A stretch of DNA of 64,000 nucleotides from Fimicolochytrium jonesii (taxonomy: Eukaryota): contig NW_026515693.1 in assembly GCF_025526975.1 (NCBI RefSeq), forward strand, positions 310,001 to 374,000, in the 5' to 3' direction. The translations under genes and the position numbers were made by a program. How positions within the stretch are numbered: the stretch's first letter is position 1; every line of letters begins with the position of its first letter. The notes below the pieces were generated by a model. The model searched no databases. It was not told where the DNA came from and saw only the letters and a list, made by a program, of their open reading frames with translations. This document shows positions 47,402 to 60,675 of this stretch, in pieces.

Positions 47402-49440
47402 ATGACCGTTGGCGAAGCACCTCGATTTGTCCTCCCGGAGGTTGTTGACAACCCAAAGGGATGGGGACCGTCGAACTTCCCGGACGAGCTTTTGCACGTT
47501 CCATATGCGCCATACTCCAAGGCTGACCGTCTAGGCAAAATTGCCGACTGGACAGCGCCCGCCGATGGGTACCAGGACCGCCGCTTCGAAAACAACAGAC
47601 GTCGCTTTGGTGCCCAAGAGGCATTCGGAAGCGGACTCTCATCACTTTTCGCATACACCGTTGCCGCTGACGATGAGGCCACCTTCTCCGTCGTCGACCG
47701 TCAAACAACCGTCCAGAAGAAGCCCGGATTCAAATCTGCGCGTGGTGGACGTGGTGGAGGTCGCGGAGGATGGCAAGCGGGAGGCCGTGGAGGCGCCGCT
47801 GGTGGCAGGAGAGACGACCGTCGTGGACCACATCCCGCAGGACCAAAGAGGCGGTATGGCGGTTATAACGACAAGCCTGCTCGCGTTCGGGAATCCAGTG
47901 TTGTGGCTGGTCCCGAGTGGAAGTTGTTGGAAGACCTGGACTTCCCTCGTATGAACAAGCTGTACTACGAGGTGGACGAACCACAAGACATGTAAGTTGA
48001 TCAAGCATGGAAGTTGAATTTCGAACCCCGCAGAATATTGTTTCCACTCGAATCGCGAGGAAGGGAGAAAAAGAAGGATGACTTTTAATTATGTGCTTGA
48101 CGAATGCTGGAGGCACAACTGTATTCACACTGTCTGACTGAACCCCCGAATTACTGGCACCCATTCACCACGATCCATAACATGAACGTGCACTGACGAT
48201 TTCTGTATCGTTACAAATTTCCAGCTCTGCTCACGGTCAACTGCACTACATCGACAAATCGTTCGACCGCATGAACGCGAAGTCCGAAAAGGCTCTGCAG
48301 CAAATCGACCGCAGCTTCCTTAACTCCACTGCCAGTGACGACCCGGTTCTTTTGGGCGATGCGAAGACCCGGTCGGAAGGAGTCACGGTTTACGCGACAG
48401 ACAACGTCCTGGCGACCATCATGTGCGCTACTCGCTCCGTGTACTCTTGGGATATCATCATCAACAAGCAAGACAACAAGATCTTCCTTGACAAGCGTGA
48501 TGGGGGTGTGTTTGACTTCGTCAGTGTCAACGAGAACGCTGCTGACCCACCAATGGAGGCACCTGAGAAGGAAAACATCAACTCTCCACAAGCCCTCTCA
48601 ATGGAAGCCACCTACATCAACCGCAACTTTTCCCAACAAGTTCTCAAGGAGAACGAGCGCGCATCTCTGCCGAAACCCAACCCCTTCGACGACAACAGCA
48701 CGTCCGAGCCACTGGCACCCGTCGCGTACAGGTACCGTCGGTGGAACCTCGGTAACGACATCACCCTCGTCGCCCGTACCCAAATCGATGCCCTCTTGCA
48801 CACTCCCGGCGCCGTCCAACAAACGGCAGCCACCTCGGGACCAACGAAACTGCGCACGGAAGTCCACCCGGCCAATGAGACCCTCTTCGTCAACGTCAAG
48901 GCCCTGAACGAGTTCGACTCGAAAAACGCCGGCTCCGGCGCACCTGACTGGCGCCAGAAGCTCGACTCCCAGCGCGGTGCCGTCATGGCCACTGAGATCA
49001 AGAACAACGGAAACAAGCTCGCCCGATGGACCACCGAATCCATCCTTGCCGGTGTCGATCAGCTCCGTCTTGGTTTTGTGTCGCGAGCTACGCCAAAGGA
49101 CAGGACCCGCCACGTCATCCTCGGCACCAACACGTTCAAGCCAAAGGACCTTGCGGCCCAGATGAACTTGAACGTTGGCAACGGATGGGGTATCCTTAAG
49201 ATGTTCGTCGACCTGTGCATCAACACCCTGCAGGACGGAAAGTATGTGCTGGTCAAGGACCCTAACAAGGTATGATTTGCCCTTTGTGTGCCGCTCAATG
49301 GTTTTACCCGACATTTGACCTAATCAAATCTCTTATCATAGGCTGTTCTCCACCTCTGGTCCGTCCCGGAAGACACCTTCGAGGAAGACGAAGGCGGCGA
49401 CGAGGACGATAGCGAGATGCCGGAGGACGCTGACCAGTAG
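47402..49440 (+). CDS. EIF3D: Translation initiation factor eIF3 subunit D, 3 exons
   Basis: Encodes DNPKGWGP, PYAPYSKADRLGKIADW, RSVYSWDI, DWRQKLDSQRGAVMATEIKNN and KYVLVKDPNK. Confidence 0.96.
48075..48137 (+). ncRNA. Intronic box C/D snoRNA (snR51/SNORD41-like)
   Basis: Box C-like AGGATGA at 48075 and box D CTGA at 48134. The guide TGTATTCACACTG (48120-48132) is complementary to the conserved LSU rRNA segment CAGUGUGAAUACA, recalled rather than searched. Confidence 0.75.
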
Positions 49441-49906
49441 AGGTTCTGAATCTCACATCTTCATCTGCGAAATCGACCCCACTCTCCAACAACCCTGTAC
49501 CTAGCTCACCCACTTTTACTCATTTGTTCTCATTAGATCAGCATGTGTGCGATATGCGATGTTAGTGTTATATATTTTATATACCATTTGATGATTGAGC
49601 GTTTGATTCGCATGGCGTGCTGGCTGTAGGATATCACCAGAATTATGGACGGATGAATTACCAAAAAAAAAAAAAGATGCGTTGATGTGGAATGTACATA
49701 TCGCAAGGGATGCGAAGCGAGTCTGTGTGTGATGCCATTACGGGGTATGTGGGCACGACATGATCCTCGGATAGTACGAGTTGACACACGTTCGTTGATG
49801 GCGTCTCGGGTATGCGTATCGTGTGCGTGTCGTGTCGCGGCGTCTATTCAGTCGCCTGTCCATCTGCCTTTCGAGTCTTGCCGTCCAGAAATCCCTCACT
49901 CAACCG

Positions 49907-52900
49907 CTACGCAATATGCGCCAACGCATAAATCAAATCCGAAGCCTTAAGCACGATACTCGGCAGCGGATTCGTAAATACAAACGGCAGCGTATTGCCG
50001 AGACCGACGTCGGGCGCGCGCAGCAGGCCGAGCGGGATCACGCCTTGGTTGAGGGAGAGCTCGTGGTAAAGGGATATGAAGGTTTGGCCCTGGGAAAATT
50101 GTGTGAATGAACGTTGGTTGTTTAGCTGAGGTCGATCAGGCGGTATGAGATCGGGATGTACACTTTGCGACATACCACGTAGTCTTCTGGAACGTCGATG
50201 TAGCAGAGGAACGAGGGATCTATTCCCATCTTGGCGTCCATCTCGGAATCGCGCTGGTGTTCGGAAGATGAAGAATATCGGTCGCTTGGTGAGTAAATGA
50301 ACAGCTGGCGCAAGTCAAAACCTCAGATGCCCGATCCGCGCCGGGCCATCACCTTACCTTATGCCTTCCACCGCACATGAGCTTGAATATATCCAAAACG
50401 CCTTCATTGAAGTACGTCTCAAACAAAATCGAATCCAGCATACTGGCCGATATCACCCGTCCAGCCGCATAGGTCGGCGAATACAGGTATCGGTCGATGC
50501 CGAGGTCGGCTTTGAAACGCTCTTCGCTGTGTACGGCTTTCTTGCGTCTGTGCTTTTTGCGGCGGTCGGCGGGTTGCAGGAAGCGGACGTGGCTGCGTTT
50601 TACTGTGGGAGGGATATTGGTAGATGGGAGGTTAGTCAATCGGGAGTGGGTGGGATGTGGTGTGGGAAGAGACTTACGCAGCTCGGTGACGGTGAATTTG
50701 TGGTCTCCTGTGTTTTGGAACCTGGTGAGGCCGTGGGAGTTGCGAGGTTAGTGATGTGTCTCTAAAGTTCATATTTTTGGCGGACTTCCTTACATGTGGT
50801 AGATATTGTGGCTGACCATGCTGGTTGGAGTGGAGAGCGCGTGAGTGGATATAGTCTGGTGAAATCCCAGGAAGGGAATGCGGGTACTCACATCGCAGCG
50901 CTGTCCGCGAAGGTATCAAACCCCTCCACGCCATCCGCATTCACCGATTTCCGATTCATATTCATGACCACAACCTTATCCGCACCATGTATCCCCGCCT
51001 TCTGCAACTCAGCCCTCTTCCTCGGATCCCCTTGAACAATGTACACCTCCGGAAACTGTCCAAAAAGCGAGATCTCATACGCATTAGGCAGTGTGCTGCA
51101 CAGCACCACCACGGTGCGGAACTCGTCGTCGGAGAGGTGCGCGGCGCGTAGCGTGCAGAGAAGGCGGAAGACATGTTTGTCACCGGTACAGACTAGGATG
51201 TGGTTTGTGAGGTGGGAGCCGTCTTGGAGGAGGAGCTCGTCGAGGTTGCGGATGGGGTGTTTGAGGAGGAGGCATAAGGGGACTACCAGGGGATATCCGA
51301 TGCGTTAAGTCACCGAGTCAGAGCGTTGAGTACGTTGCGTGATAAGGAGCCTGCACCTACGTTTCACCCCACCCTGTGCTACGACGGGAACGCCCACTCG
51401 CCAACCGTTCATGGTCTTGTTGCCGTCCTGACCTTTGTTTTCGCCTATCACGGCCTGCATCGACCCCTGCCGCACGCATCCGGGCTCGAGAATAAAACTG
51501 TGCGGGTTCGGCATTTGAAGGCAAAAGCCTAGCTCCTCACGCCCCTATAAGGCAAGAGCCAAGGATCAGATGCGGAGCTAGCGCATCAAGAACGCCCTCA
51601 ACCGGCAGTCAAGGAGCTATCAATCATACCAGATGGGCAATATCGTCGATATCCTCTTGCCGTTGCGCCACGTAGTAAAGGAGGTCTTTCTTTCCCAGCT
51701 TGTATCCGGCGGGATTCAGAATCAGATGCGTCTCGCCGTTGTCCAACACAGCTCTGACTGTTTCATCAAGAGAAGATGGTAAATCACAGGCTGAAAGATT
51801 CTCGAATGACTAGCCTCATCACGCACCAGCAAAGCATATCACTTGGTATTGACGGAACAGAAAGTACGATGCTCTTTGAAACTCGAAGCCGTAGAATACG
51901 GGATTGACGGGACCCTAGCAAAATAACAGTGTTCAGAAGAAGCACGACAGAGAATCGCCCCACACGCCAGATACTCACCGAGTAGAGCTCGTTTCCCAAT
52001 CCATCGCCTGCAAGGTACACATAGGTGCAATGAGCTTATTCAGCAAGTCGTACTCGGACAAGACGTACTTGCAAGTCGTACTCGGCATTACCGTATTGCG
52101 CCTCCCAAGGAGCCTCATACTCCCTCCTTGGCTTGGTTTGCACGAGGAGATTTAGCAAGACTGTCCCGATACCTCGGTAGATCAGGTTAAATCCGATGAG
52201 GATCTGCTTGAGGTTGTCGATGCATACGGCTGAGGGAGGAGGATAGAGAAGGATCGTTGGTAAGCTAGGCTCCTCCGCGCAACATGCTCGGTTTGCGAAC
52301 AGCAAGCTAGGCGATTGCCGTGCACGTACCTTCGTTGGCGGAGTGCGTTTGTAAGATCTATGAAAGACACAGGCTCAATAAAAGCAACAATCCCCAAACC
52401 AGTCAAGCCAGACTCTTTCCCATCTCTCCACGTTCCACCCCCCTTACCTCAGTCTCCGGCAAAAGATTATAAACAAACAACGGCACATCCGGCGCATGGT
52501 CATCTATCGCCCACGCCCTCAACGTGTTCTCATCATCTTCGATGAGATGATCGGGCGCGTTGCGGTCCGCGATGATGAAGGCGGCCGCGGCGTGTTGTAT
52601 TTGGGCTCGTTCCATGTCCTGGACTTCCTGTTAACGAATTACATGACTTTACTTCCTGGTGCTTCATTCTAGCAGTACGATGGGACAGTGGATGCCCAAG
52701 GCTTACGAGCACATTGCCCTGCAGATATGTACACCGATGCGTGAAGCCCTCTCGTCTGACAATAGCTTTCACGGCGGCAGAAGGTTCATCGCGGCCCATG
52801 AAGACCAAGTTCAGCGGGCGATCTTGTTCCTAGACATCACCGGAAGGTCAGAACCTTTTTGCGCTTCGCTTCCTTACTCGAGTGTACTTACTCGTGCAAC

Positions 52901-55237
52901 GAAGGTATGGATGATGTCGATCACTGAGATTGTTTTGGAGAAATTGCCCACGAACACAACCTAGAGCGAGAAAGAAGGTGTGAGGGTATGGAGAGGCAGC
53001 TTCTTCCATACTGAGGATTATTACGACTTACGAAAGGGCTCTTGCCCCTCTGATAGGTTCCGCGGCCCGAATTTCGCAAATGCAGGGTCTCGATCTGAAT
53101 GACGGCCAAGTTATGGAATTGACTCGGCACCTGGGGTCCCGAAAGAAGGGATTGCGGTTACCGTTTGGGAGATCAATCCAGGCAGGATTGAGATTGCAAG
53201 GATGATGAAGACGATGACGACGAATTGGCCGGGTATAGATTTTGGCGAAACGTCTCCGTAGCCGACCGTGGAAGCGGTGATCACTGTAAGAGGGGAAAGT
53301 AGGCCGGCCTTTCAGTTTCGATATGCCCTTCTGGCGCGGGGCAATAAAGAACGCACCGATGAAATACAAGGCCTGACTGAGGGTTATTTCCTGTTCGGCG
53401 AAGCGAGTTTCAAAGTACTAGTATAGAATGCGTTGGAGCGAGCGCATCTCAGTCCCGTGCATAAAGCAGCAACGGCCCATACCTGGAAGGCGCATGAGGC
53501 TACATACATCAGCGCCAGGATGGTCGAGATCAGAAACACCAAACGCTCGGTGTACGGTTCGACCCATATCCACTTCCTGCTGGCTATGAAGGAAAGGAAA
53601 TAGTGTTGGTTAAGTATGGGACAGCAACGATAGAAGGATAGAGGTCGCGACCAGCGCCTCACCAGCTAGTCTGATGACATTCTGTATGCGGTTCACGACG
53701 ACCACTGCTCGGAGATAAAAGGGTATATCTTTGGAGGACAATCAGACGAGTTCCCGAGTGTGAGTGGGTACGTTCATCAGGGAATGTACAAAAAGAGAAG
53801 AACTTACATACGTAGTGTCCGTACTCATACAAGGGAAGGAACAAAAACGGGGCACATATGAAGAGATCTAGAGCGATCCGGTGATTGAACATCGCCTCTC
53901 GCTTTGAGTCGGCCTGTCCATAGTGGGGGGTGTTAGAAACCTCGTATGGTCAAGCAGACAATCAAGAAAGCTTACGATTATGATCTTGTTGATTTGCGAC
54001 CAGACCATGTATGAGGAGCATGCTGAAATTTGATACGACAAATGGACTAGCGTCAGCCGCATCCTATCGACAAATGGACTAGCGCCGCATCAAACTGACA
54101 TAGTTCCATATTCCAAAGGGTTGAAGGGCGCTGCGAGAACGGATTGGAGACTAATGTCAGTGTCTAATGAGCACGCTTGCGTCCCGCGAACCAACAGATG
54201 TCCAGTACCGCAACATATAGCCAAGAAGGTGACAGATCGGCAACACGATCCCTATGATTTCGGTCAATCTCGAACTCTATCAGATACAGGATACAGAACA
54301 TCAGATCCACAAGGAGATCCTATAAGATGAATAAGAAAATGCCATATTCTGATCAATGTGCTGATCAAGAAAACCTGTACATCTACTGCTACTGGTTCAA
54401 GACTAACCAATGTTACGCCAAGGATGAGCCTTCGCCTTAGCGACCGAAGACTGTGTGCGTAGATCTCCTTCGCGACATATACGGCAGACAGCCATGTGAA
54501 GACAATGTTCCGAGTTGGCGATTGTCCAACGGATCTTTACAATTGTAAGTTAGAAGCTACTGACGAGGGCATGGGATGACGACCTCAACCCTACCTCTCT
54601 TGAACCCTTTAGATGTTGCCAAGGGACCAGCTGGTGTGAGAGAGAGGTCAAGTAAGACGGCATTCTGAGCATCTGACCTACCTTTGCATGCGATATGCGT
54701 CTCGAACGTCTGTGAAGTCTGCCTCTTTCTGTCCGAAGACATGCTCTAACAAGAATGCACGCATTTGAGTTCGCTGCGTAGGCCATCGTCGATCACATAC
54801 TTTAACTCACTGCCGAGTTTGAAAGCACCAGACCCTGTAGCGGCTGTGACTTCTGCAGAACTCTTATCCAACCCGTCTAAAGCGGACTTCTGATGAAGCT
54901 TCCGCTGCTTGCGGTGGTTCAGCGTTGCGGTGGAGCCGCCACTGTGATGGGAGTCAGGGCTACGGGCTGCTAACTCCTGTATAGAGTCCAGGGTGTCAGA
55001 GTATTTTCTCCTCGTGACATGTCTTCTCAAGCCGTTCATGCGAGCCACGGTGGTGGTCGACCCCGAAACAGTCGGGAAGCTCTGGAACTCGACCATGCGG
55101 ACGGCACCTTCTACTTCCGCTGGTTGTGCTTGCCCAGCTTCCAGCTCCATCATAAGGGCGTCGCTAGACCGAAAATCAGGGGTTCCCAAGTCGCCACGAG
55201 GGATAGCTTGCTCTGTATGTATATTTCGTGAACCCAT
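49907..55237 (-). CDS. Slo/BK-family potassium channel with RCK domains, many exons
   Basis: Pore motif ITASTVGYGD. RCK motifs YLQGNVL, EDDENTLRAWAI, YIVQGDPRKRAELQKAGI, YAAGRVISASMLDSIL and IPLGLLR..FVFTNP. Confidence 0.85.
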
Positions 55238-56342
55238 GGTCAGCAAAGTTTCGCATGGGAAGTTCGTTTTTCTCTGTGTTTTTCTCGGCCCAGGTCGATT
55301 GCAGCAGTAGGCTTCTGAAGATTGCGACTCATGAGGCACTGTACATGTACGGTTGCAACTGAATCACGGACTGGGGTGAGTGCAAAGGATTCTTGCTGAA
55401 GATGCCAATGAGAAAGGACGTGGAAATGCAGATCTTGCCCACGGATGGGCGCTGGGGAAACCTAAACGGCCCTGGGAAAAGTTGAGGTTTTGGCCCTGTT
55501 TTTGGCCGTCCGTTCGCCGCACAACAAACGCGTCGGCGGGTCGCGCTGGATCCAACAGAAATGCCGCCCGCAAAACGACGCCCATTCAGGCTGCTGTCAA
55601 TCTGGCTGTCAATGGTATTTATTGCTTCAGTGACTTCGGGATGAAAGTCGCCGACATGGCTTGAAAGGTTTGTCTATATATATATGTATGTAGGTTCCAA
55701 TGTTGACGTACTCTTTGCGAATGAAAGAAGGGAGGACTGCAAGCGTAGTGGCCAGAGTTCCGAGGTCTGGAGTGTCGGACAACATTGGACTCTTGCTCTC
55801 AGACTCTCCAGATCGCATGCACATCGTGCATACTGTATGTTTTGTCTGGGTTGGCAGCGTTGCCCTTATGGATGAGGTTGCAACTATCACTTTACCAAGC
55901 GAACACAGGCTTCTGGTTTCAGCATCTCTTTGACGCACACGCCATCGCCATATAAAATCGGGGGCGCTCACCATAACAGACAGGCACTGCGAACCGGAGA
56001 CCAGGGGATCGACGAGAGGCAGGATTCAAAATGACGACGTTCTTCCACGCACCCTCCACCAAAGTCGTTCGCCATCATCAGCAGTGTGAAGGTCGAGGAA
56101 GACAAATACAGTACCACAATTATTCCTCCCTCGGAGCGGTATTGTACGCGAATTCGACTAGGGGTAATAGCTTAACCCAATTTTCGTACAAAAAAGTCCC
56201 GGTCGGCGGAGTGTGAACCATTTAGGGACGCGTCGGACGCCTGTGACGCAGCGACTCCCCAGCGTTCAAAGTTTTGACATCGGACCGTCTCCCGGAAGAG
56301 GAGCAATTCTATCGACTGGCATACAACAAAGTAATAAACGAG

Positions 56343-57305
56343 ATGAACGTAGCAGGTCGTTGCATCGGTCTCGTCAGGCCAGCAGGCGTGCCGGCTTGCG
56401 GTTCTGTCTTTTCCAGAGGGTTTCTGTCGAGTTCTCCGCATTCAGCCGCACGAAGTGTTCCTCGCACCTTCGTCACTCCATCCAACGCATTTTACAACTC
56501 AAACGACTTCACCACCGTCTCTCAACCTGGCAAGACTGTTAGTTCTCTGGGACGGAGCGCTGGGTCCGGACAGGGTGCTGCAGGATGGCGTCAGCAATGG
56601 ACGCGATCGTATCGATCTGCCTTCCCGCGTGGCCAAAGTGAGGGCGGGTTTCGGAAGTCTCTAACCGCAATTGTCGGCTCTGCTGCGTTGTGTGCAGGAG
56701 CGGTATGGCTTTCCCCCGACGCCAAAGCCGGTGGTATGTGGTTGTGCTGTTCCGTATTGTGTCAATGAACCCCACGCTAACTCAGTATCCCACCATTCAG
56801 CGAAAACATCAACGCCGCTACCAAACCCACACACGGACGAAATCCCCGAGCTCGAAGTCATCCCACCTCCTCCACCAGGCTGGTTTCGTGAACATGTGCG
56901 GCCGGAGGTGCTGACGGTGGGAGGCGCCCTGGGTGCTTGTACCGGTCTCTTGACAAAGAAGCTCGGCAAGGTCGTTGCTTTTGGGGTTGGGGCCATCTTT
57001 GTCTTGCTCCAGGTGAATTACTGCGAGTTTAATTTGGCGCTGGGCTGCGAGGAAACTACAACGAGACTAACTCGCTCTCCCATTGTTATCATTCACAGTG
57101 GCTAAACCACTCCGGCTTCATTACTATCTCCTGGTCAGCCATCACCTCCTCCGTCAACAAAAAGCTGCACGCGAACGAACGTGGTGAACTGCCACCAGGG
57201 GCGGTATCGACGTTGTTCCGAAGATTGCTCAAATGGCTGACCGCGGACGTGCCGTTCACCGGGGCGTTCTGTGCCGGGTTTTGGGTTGGGTTTCGGTATG
57301 GTTAG
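56343..57305 (+). CDS. FUN14: FUN14-domain mitochondrial outer membrane protein, 3 exons; start uncertain
   Basis: Encodes GGALGACTGLLTKKLGKVVAFGVGAIFVLLQ|WLNHSGFITISW and AFCAGFWVG. Confidence 0.8.
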
Positions 57306-57529
57306 AGCTTGAGAGAGTGTTCCTTGCTAGTAGCGGGAAGTATGTACGATGGTACTGCTTTGTATATAGCATTGGGTTTATGGAAGCAGAGCATCATCGC
57401 AGCGAATCATAGCTCCAAATTTGCTGGACCTTCTCCTCCTCAGGGCCGGTCGCACGCAGAAAGAAAAAAGGCGATTGTAACAGCGGGAGAAGATTGAAGT
57501 CCCAGCTCAAGGTCAGGACCTCAATATTC

Positions 57530-57745
57530 CGGCGGCAGCCGAGGTTTCAAGTCAGGAACTCGATGCACAGGCAGCAGCTGAAGCCTACCTCGGGAGTAAG
57601 CTAGATTGAGAGGGCGGCAACTGAGATTTAGAGTCGGGATCTCCCGAGTAAGATAGGAGTGCCGGGCGGCCCACTGAGGTTTGAATCCAGGACCTCGGGA
57701 GTAAGATAATCTCGGCGGCAACCGAGGTTTGGCGTCGGGATCTTG
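57530..57745 (-). repeat. Tandem array of degenerate tRNA-Pro 3'-half copies
   Basis: Units at about 57530, 57612, 57665 and 57713 resemble GGCGGCAACCGAGGTTTGAACTCGGGACCTC (58084-58114). They are linked by GAGTAAG(A/C)TA. Confidence 0.7.
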
Positions 57746-58083
57746 CCAGTGGATGGAGAAGTGGGGGATCGGGTGGTGGGCTTTCCAGTCACTTAAGAGG
57801 GTTTGGTTGGGGTTGGGAATACATAGGATGGCAGTGCTATGTATATGTAAGCGTCCTAAAAACGACCAACTCGTAGCACGAAAACATGGAGGCCTATGTG
57901 TTCGGGTCTCAATAGGCGTAGGGAGCCAGAGGGAGCCAAGCGAGCTGTGGCGACCGTGCCGTACTTATAGCTGAAGGCTGGGCCTAGGCGCAGGGGTTAG
58001 GCGCAAGGCAGCGGATGCCCCGCAGACCTTGCCCAGTACGACATAAGAACAAAAAAAAGCGGAAAAAAAATTAAAAGCTGTAT

Positions 58084-58155
58084 GGCGGCAACCGAGGTTT
58101 GAACTCGGGACCTCCTGCACCCGAAGCAGGAATCATACCACTAGACCATTGCCGC
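58084..58155 (-). tRNA. tRNA-Pro(CGG)
   Basis: Acceptor GCGGCAA/TTGCCGC, D arm TGGTCTAGTGGTATGATT, anticodon arm CCTGC-TTCGGGT-GCAGG and T arm CCGAG-TTCAAAC-CTCGG. A poly-T tract follows downstream. Confidence 0.95.
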
Positions 58156-58206
58156 TTTTTGTTTTCCTTGCCTTTCTGCTGGACCTCAATCGTCATGCGG
58201 CCCTCC

Positions 58207-58255
58207 GCAGGAACTCATACCACTAGACCATTGCCGCTTTTTGTTTTCCTTGCCT
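58207..58255 (-). repeat. Duplicate of the tRNA-Pro 5' half plus upstream flank
   Basis: GCAGGAA(C)TCATACCACTAGACCATTGCCGCTTTTTGTTTTCCTTGCCT repeats 58126-58173. Confidence 0.85.
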
Positions 58256-58742
58256 GCACTGTGAAGAGTATCAAAAAGTGGGTAGTACTACCGCGAAAGA
58301 TCGAATGGTTTCGGCGTACGAAAAGTATGGCGTAAGAACGTTACGAGAAAAATACTCCCACCGTACGTAGATAGCTCAGTTGAACACTTGAATCGACTGC
58401 TTACAGACATCGCCGCATAGAAAAGACTGTATACAAACAAAATAGGCGCACAATTAGAAGATAGAATGACATTCGAAATGGTTCTAGTTATAGTATTATA
58501 CATAGATCGATTCTCATAACTAATGGCAATCTACAGATGATGAACACCTCGTTGGAGATATTTTCGTCTTAGTGCAACGCTTCTGCGACCTGTTCGCAAT
58601 ATATCCACCCTTGTGGAAAGATTCTGCCAGGCCCTCGCATATCCAGGATCCAAGTTTGGTGTGATAAGATTGTATGGTCTGCTCGTCCGTCTAACTACGT
58701 TCAACCCCCTTGAAGATACGGTGTGCCGTCAACGGCCGTTCC

Positions 58743-60675
58743 TTAGGCCCCCCCCCCTTCCCCCACGGAATAGTTCACTGGTGCAATGGTAGAATTCCGG
58801 TGGAGTGGAGGCAGAAGAGGTCCAGGTTCTGATCGCCAGCATTTAATACGCAGCGGCCTCAATCTCGTCAGGCGTTTCTGGGCCGGACTGAAAGAGGGTG
58901 ATGCCATGGCGAGCGAACTCGGCGACATTGACGTACGAGCGCGGGTAGCGTTTCGGTGTGTGGCGTGGACGCGGAAGCCCTTGGAGCATCTGACCATGGC
59001 GTAGAGACGGGCGGCAGGGTCGGGTGAAGTCACGTTCGAGAAAGCGGGAGGGGGGGTGAGGATGCACTCGTGATAGTCTGGGCGGCGATAAGGTTCAGCG
59101 AAGAAGCGAAGGGCGCGGGTGGTGGCATCGAATTCGACGCGCACGTATTCGCTGTCCCGCAGTCCCCACTCGATGTTGTAAGGCGCTTCCGTGGGAAGAC
59201 TGGAGGTCTGCAGGTTCCGCAGGAATCCTGAGCTCGAGAGCGCCCAGTACTGGATCACGTCTGGCAGCCGTGGATACCGGCGACGGCGATAAGTAGGACC
59301 AACACCAGCACCAACATCGTCGGCGCCGCCTGCTGTTGCTGCGGGGAACAAAGGAGGTTTGGCGGCCGCGACGCCGACGAGAATCTCGCCTTCATTGAAG
59401 ACTTTGGTGGTCCGAGTCTTGCCGGACACGGTGATCTTCCAGCCCCAAATGCCCGGCTCATCGAGAGGGATGAGGTGACAGAGTGTGACGCCTATCAAAC
59501 GAGTTGTGCTGGTGATGACCTCGTCGTGCGGGCCATAGTAGCCACCGGTGAAGGCATCGCCGAGGATAGTTCCATCGTTAATCTCGCAGCGCGCGGCGTA
59601 GTTGCACCCGCCCGCCACCCACGCGACCTCCGTGGAGAGGGCCGCCAGCCGGTATGCCTGTATCATTGCCGCATCGGGAACCAGACGCGTGGGCTCCACC
59701 TCCGTAGCAAGGACCGATGGCGGGATCCGCTCGATGGGCAGCGCGGCTCCGATGGCTTCTCGGGAGGACTCATCGTCGGTGGGAATGGAATGCGTGCGCA
59801 TCCACAACAGAACGAAGCGGACGAGATTCACTTGGTCGCTGGCGAGCGGACACGTCCGTACGGCTTGCAGGAGGGAACCCATGTGTTCCGCGGTCCGCAT
59901 GTACTTTGTGAGGGGCACGGCTAACACGGAGAGATAGGACGGCACCCGCTCAGCCAACGACCGCAGGATAAGATCGCCGACCTGCGGGCTCTTTGCGAAT
60001 CGAGGGATGCGGCGGAGCAACGCAGCCGCCAGCTGTCCTTCGAAAGCTCAGGCCCTGCACGGCGTCTCGCAGGCCAGTCTCAATGGCGTCGCAAACGCTT
60101 GGAACGATAAAGTAATCGGCCGTAGCATACAGCTCCAATAACGGCCTTAGCGTAACATCCTCGGCGTCATGACCATCCTCCTCCTCTTCTTCCTCGTCCT
60201 GCTCAAGCAAGCTCCCCAGGGACGGCACCACGGGCAGCTGCCCTTCGGATTGCAGTCGATCGACAAGAGCGCGAAAGCCCGTCGCCGAACACTCTTGTGT
60301 TGTCGAACGTGAACGTCCTCAGGTCCGGATCGAACGAGAACTGAGCCTGGAAGTAGCCACTCTTTGCCAACAAGATGGATCGTGGCACCATCGCTTCGAA
60401 AAGCGGTAGTGCGGAGGAAGAAGAAGCAACCGGACCATCACCACCACCACTCCCCTCCTCGAGCGAGGGCGGCGCAGTGAGTCGCAGAGTACGATCGCTT
60501 CACCCATGTCTTCACTGCTGCCGTGCTCTCTCACCGCAGCGGTAGTGGTGTGGTCTCCATTTTCGGCGCCGCTCTCACTCATCTGAAAGTCGTCGGTAGT
60601 GGTCGTCAGGGTCAGTCTCCTCTTCTTTCGGCTTCCGCTGGTGGGATCTATCGGGTCGAGTTCGTCCCTTTCCAT
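58743..60675 (-). pseudogene. BTB/POZ-domain protein (possible SPRY-like C-terminus) with three frameshifts
   Basis: VPRSILLAKSGYFQAQFS, VSATGFRALVDRL and LLELYATADYFIVPSVCDAIE are BTB-like but split by frameshifts near 60488, 60289 and 60043. Confidence 0.65.

Noticed and set aside
54037..54083. GACAAATGGACTAGCG direct repeat
   Set aside because: Two-copy local duplication in a channel-gene intron with no further structure.
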